This document shows positions 61,293 to 64,000 of a stretch of 64,000 nucleotides of DNA, one piece after another. Below the pieces are notes generated by a model that saw only the letters and a program-made list of their open reading frames with translations, was not told where the DNA came from and ran no database searches. Within the stretch, counting starts at the first letter, position 1. Each line of letters begins with the position of its first letter. The translations under genes were made by a program, and so were the position numbers. Source of the stretch: Burkholderiales bacterium (GTDB lineage: Bacteria > Pseudomonadota > Gammaproteobacteria > Burkholderiales > SG8-39); NCBI GenBank assembly GCA_025458245.1, contig JALOSW010000006.1:2115-66114 (forward strand), given 5' to 3'.

Positions 61293-64000
61293 ATGCGCTT
61301 CACCGAGATCCTGATCCGCAGGCCGGTTCTCGCGACGGTGCTGAACCTCGTCGTGCTGCTCGTCGGCGTCGTCGCGTTCGAGCGCCTGCCGATCCGCGAG
61401 TATCCCCGCATCGACGAGCCCGTCGTGACCGTGGACACGACCTACCGCGGGGCGAGCGCCGAGATCATCGAGTCGCGTGTCACCAAGGTGCTGGAGGACT
61501 CCCTCGCGGGAATCGAGGGCGTCGACACGCTCACCTCGATCAGCCGCGGCGAGAACAGCCAGATCACCGTGAAGTTCCGTCTCGAGCGCGATCCGGACGC
61601 GGCCGCGAGCGACGTGCGCGACCGCGTCGCGCGGGTGCGCGGCCGCCTTCCCACCGACATCGACGAGCCGGTGATCGCCAAGGTCGAGGCCGACGCGAAT
61701 CCGATCATCTGGCTCGCGTTCTCCAGTGACCGGTTCTCGCCGCTCGAAGTCTCGGATTTCGCGAGCCGGATCGTGAAGACCCGGCTGCAGACGCTGCCCG
61801 GCGCGGCGGACGTGCGCGTGTTCGGCGAGCGCCGCTACTCGATGCGCATCTGGCTCGACCGGAACAAGCTCGCCGCGTACAAGCTGACGCCGCAGGACGT
61901 GGAGGACGCGCTGCGGCGACAGAACATCGAGGTGCCGGCCGGCCGCATCGAGAGCCGGACGCGCGAGTACTCGGTGGTGGCCGAGACCGACCTCGCCACG
62001 CCTGCGCAGTTCGACGACGTCATCATCAAGTACGTGAACAACTACCCGGTGCGCGTGAGCGACATCGGCCGCTCGGAGCTGGCGGCGCGCGACGACCGGT
62101 CGATCGTGCGCTTCAACGGGCGCCCGGCGGTTGCGCTCGGCGTGATCAAGCAGGCGACGGCGAACCCGCTCGAGCTCTCGAATGCGATCCGGGCGGAGCT
62201 GCCCAGGATCGTTGCCGACCTGCCCGAGGGCGTGGCGGTGAACGTCGCCTACGACTCCTCGGTGTTCATCGACCGGTCGATCAAGGCGGTATTCCGCACC
62301 ATCCTCGAGGCGATCGTGCTCGTCGCGCTGGTGATCTTCTTCTTCCTGCGGTCGGTGCGCGCCTCGCTCATTCCGCTCGTCACGATCCCGGTGTCGCTGG
62401 TGGGCGCGTTCGGCCTCATGTACGCGTTCGGCTTCACCGTGAACACCCTGACGCTCCTCGCGCTGGTCCTCGCCATCGGCCTCGTGGTGGACGACGCGAT
62501 CGTGGTGCTGGAGAACATCTACCGGCATATCGAGTCGGGCATGGCGCCCCTCGAGGCTGCGCTCTCGGGCGTCCGGGAGATCAGCTTCGCCGTGGTGGCG
62601 ATGACGCTGACGCTCGCCGCCGTGTATGCGCCGATCGCGTTCATGACCGGGCGCACCGGGCGGCTGTTCGTCGAGTTCGCGCTCACGCTGGCCGGGGCGG
62701 TGATCGTCTCCGGGTTCACGGCGCTCACGCTCTCGCCGATGATGTGCTCGAAACTTCTGCGCCGGCAGACGCACCACGGGCGGTTCTACAACGCCGTCGA
62801 GCGCGCCCTGCAAGGGTTCACGGATCACTATCGGCGCATGCTCGGTCGCGCACTCGACGCGCGCTGGGTGGTGGTCGCGCTCGCGGTCGCGGTTGCGCTC
62901 GCGAGCGGGTTCCTGTTCAAGGTGCTGAAGCAGGAACTCGCGCCCATCGAGGACCGCGGAACGGTGCTCGGCGTGTTCTTCGGGCCCGAAGGCGCCACCA
63001 TCGACTTTACCGACCGCTATGCGAAGCGGCTCGAGGAAATCTACGCCAAGACGCCGGACGTCGAGCGGTACTTCGTGGTGTCGGGCAACCCGGTGGTGTC
63101 GCAGGGCCTCTCGTTCGTCGGGCTCACCGACTGGGACGCGCGGACGCGGCGTTCGGCCGACGTCGCGAGCGAGCTCCGCCCGAGGTTCTTCTCCCTTCCG
63201 GGCGTGTTCGCGTTTCCGATCCTGCCGCTCTCGCTGGGCCAGAGCCCGCGCGCGAAGCCGGTCGAGGTAGTGATCGTCACGTCCGGCAGCTACGAGGAGC
63301 TGGAGCAGGTGGTCTCGAGAGTGATGGCCGAGGCACAGAAGAACCCCGGCCTGCTCGCGGTCGAGACCGACCTCCGTCTCAACAAGCCGGAGATCAAGGT
63401 GCAGGTCGATCGCGACCGTGCGGCCGACGCGGGCGTGCAGGTGGAGGGCGTGGGCCGCGTGCTCGAGACCATGCTGGGCGGGCGGCAGGTGACCCGCTTC
63501 AAGAAGAACGCCGAGCAATACGACGTGATCGTGCAGATGCTCCCCGCCGACCGCACCAACCCGAACGACATCTCCGACATTTTCGTGCGGGGCCGCGACG
63601 GCGGCATGGTGCCGCTCTCGAGCATCGTCACGCCGCGTCTTACGGTGGCGCCGCGCGAGCTCAACCACTTCGCCCAGCGCCGCGCTGCGACCATCAGCGC
63701 GAACCTCGCGCCCGGGTACTCGCTCGGCGAGGCGCTCGGCTTCCTCGAGGCGGCGATCAAGAAAGAGCTGCCGCCCGGCGCGGCGATCGACTTCAACGGC
63801 GTCTCGCGCGAGTTCCGCATCTCGTCGGCGGGCCTCTACGTCACGTTCCTGCTTGCGCTCGCGTTCATCTATCTCGTGCTCGCCGCGCAGTTCGAGAGTT
63901 TCCGCGATCCGCTGATCATCATGGTGACGGTTCCGCTCTCGATCACCGGCGCGCTCGGCGCGCTCTACCTGACCGGCAACTCGCTCAACGTATTCAGCCA
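61293..64000 (+). CDS. RND efflux permease (AcrB/MdtB-like), 5' portion; it continues beyond the window
   Basis: The frame is open from ATG 61293 to the window end, so it is not in the ORF track. Shows MRFTEILIRRPVLATVLNL, GLVVDDAIVVLENIYRH and AQFESFRDPLIIM. Confidence 0.9.
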   Translation, partial: MRFTEILIRRPVLATVLNLVVLLVGVVAFERLPIREYPRIDEPVVTVDTTYRGASAEIIESRVTKVLEDSLAGIEGVDTLTSISRGENSQITVKFRLERDPDAAASDVRDRVARVRGRLPTDIDEPVIAKVEADANPIIWLAFSSDRFSPLEVSDFASRIVKTRLQTLPGAADVRVFGERRYSMRIWLDRNKLAAYKLTPQDVEDALRRQNIEVPAGRIESRTREYSVVAETDLATPAQFDDVIIKYVNNYPVRVSDIGRSELAARDDRSIVRFNGRPAVALGVIKQATANPLELSNAIRAELPRIVADLPEGVAVNVAYDSSVFIDRSIKAVFRTILEAIVLVALVIFFFLRSVRASLIPLVTIPVSLVGAFGLMYAFGFTVNTLTLLALVLAIGLVVDDAIVVLENIYRHIESGMAPLEAALSGVREISFAVVAMTLTLAAVYAPIAFMTGRTGRLFVEFALTLAGAVIVSGFTALTLSPMMCSKLLRRQTHHGRFYNAVERALQGFTDHYRRMLGRALDARWVVVALAVAVALASGFLFKVLKQELAPIEDRGTVLGVFFGPEGATIDFTDRYAKRLEEIYAKTPDVERYFVVSGNPVVSQGLSFVGLTDWDARTRRSADVASELRPRFFSLPGVFAFPILPLSLGQSPRAKPVEVVIVTSGSYEELEQVVSRVMAEAQKNPGLLAVETDLRLNKPEIKVQVDRDRAADAGVQVEGVGRVLETMLGGRQVTRFKKNAEQYDVIVQMLPADRTNPNDISDIFVRGRDGGMVPLSSIVTPRLTVAPRELNHFAQRRAATISANLAPGYSLGEALGFLEAAIKKELPPGAAIDFNGVSREFRISSAGLYVTFLLALAFIYLVLAAQFESFRDPLIIMVTVPLSITGALGALYLTGNSLNVFS

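Overview
This is a very GC-rich chromosomal segment; third codon positions are almost all G/C, so every strand carries long spurious ORFs. Gene content and order look like a betaproteobacterial core genome. I can support about 63 protein-coding genes, 3 tRNAs, 2 terminators and a few promoter or operator candidates. There is no CRISPR array, transposase, integrase, prophage or recognisable defence or toxin system.

Conserved blocks:
- mutS
- suhB / trmJ-cysE
- mfd / ispD-ispF-thpR
- envZ-ompR
- tsaB-rimI-udg
- lemA-TPM-TPM
- lplT ... alr-radA
- hpnC-hpnD-hpnE (squalene branch of hopanoid synthesis)
- tRNA-Leu-tig-clpP-clpX-lon-hupB-tRNA-Val-tRNA-Asp-ppiD
- fabI
- a YejABEF-like peptide ABC importer
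- mltD, gloB, a YafS-like methyltransferase and rnhA
- the start of an RND efflux operon

Main observations:
1. Three conserved genes have broken reading frames. mfd and clpX carry short out-of-frame internal deletions. The fused ABC ATPase changes frame, most simply at a C5 run. This is either assembly error or genuine gene decay, and raw reads are needed to decide.
2. An uncharacterised operon of a 134-aa protein, an HDAC-type deacylase and an aldo/keto reductase is linked by overlapping stop/start codons. It sits beside a divergent 107-aa ORF. The two face each other across overlapping back-to-back promoters that share one inverted repeat.
3. OmpR-box-like phased repeats lie between ompR and two tandem small secreted paralogues.
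4. A TctC / SDR / BKACE / IPMDH-like / acyl-CoA ligase cluster contains a 189-nt spacer closed by an 11-bp inverted repeat.
5. A TAGAAT -10 hexamer recurs in intergenic regions, and two genes may be leaderless.

I did not find a clearly novel multi-gene system. The HDAC operon is the best candidate for uncharacterised biology. All product calls come from motif recognition by eye, with no database searches.
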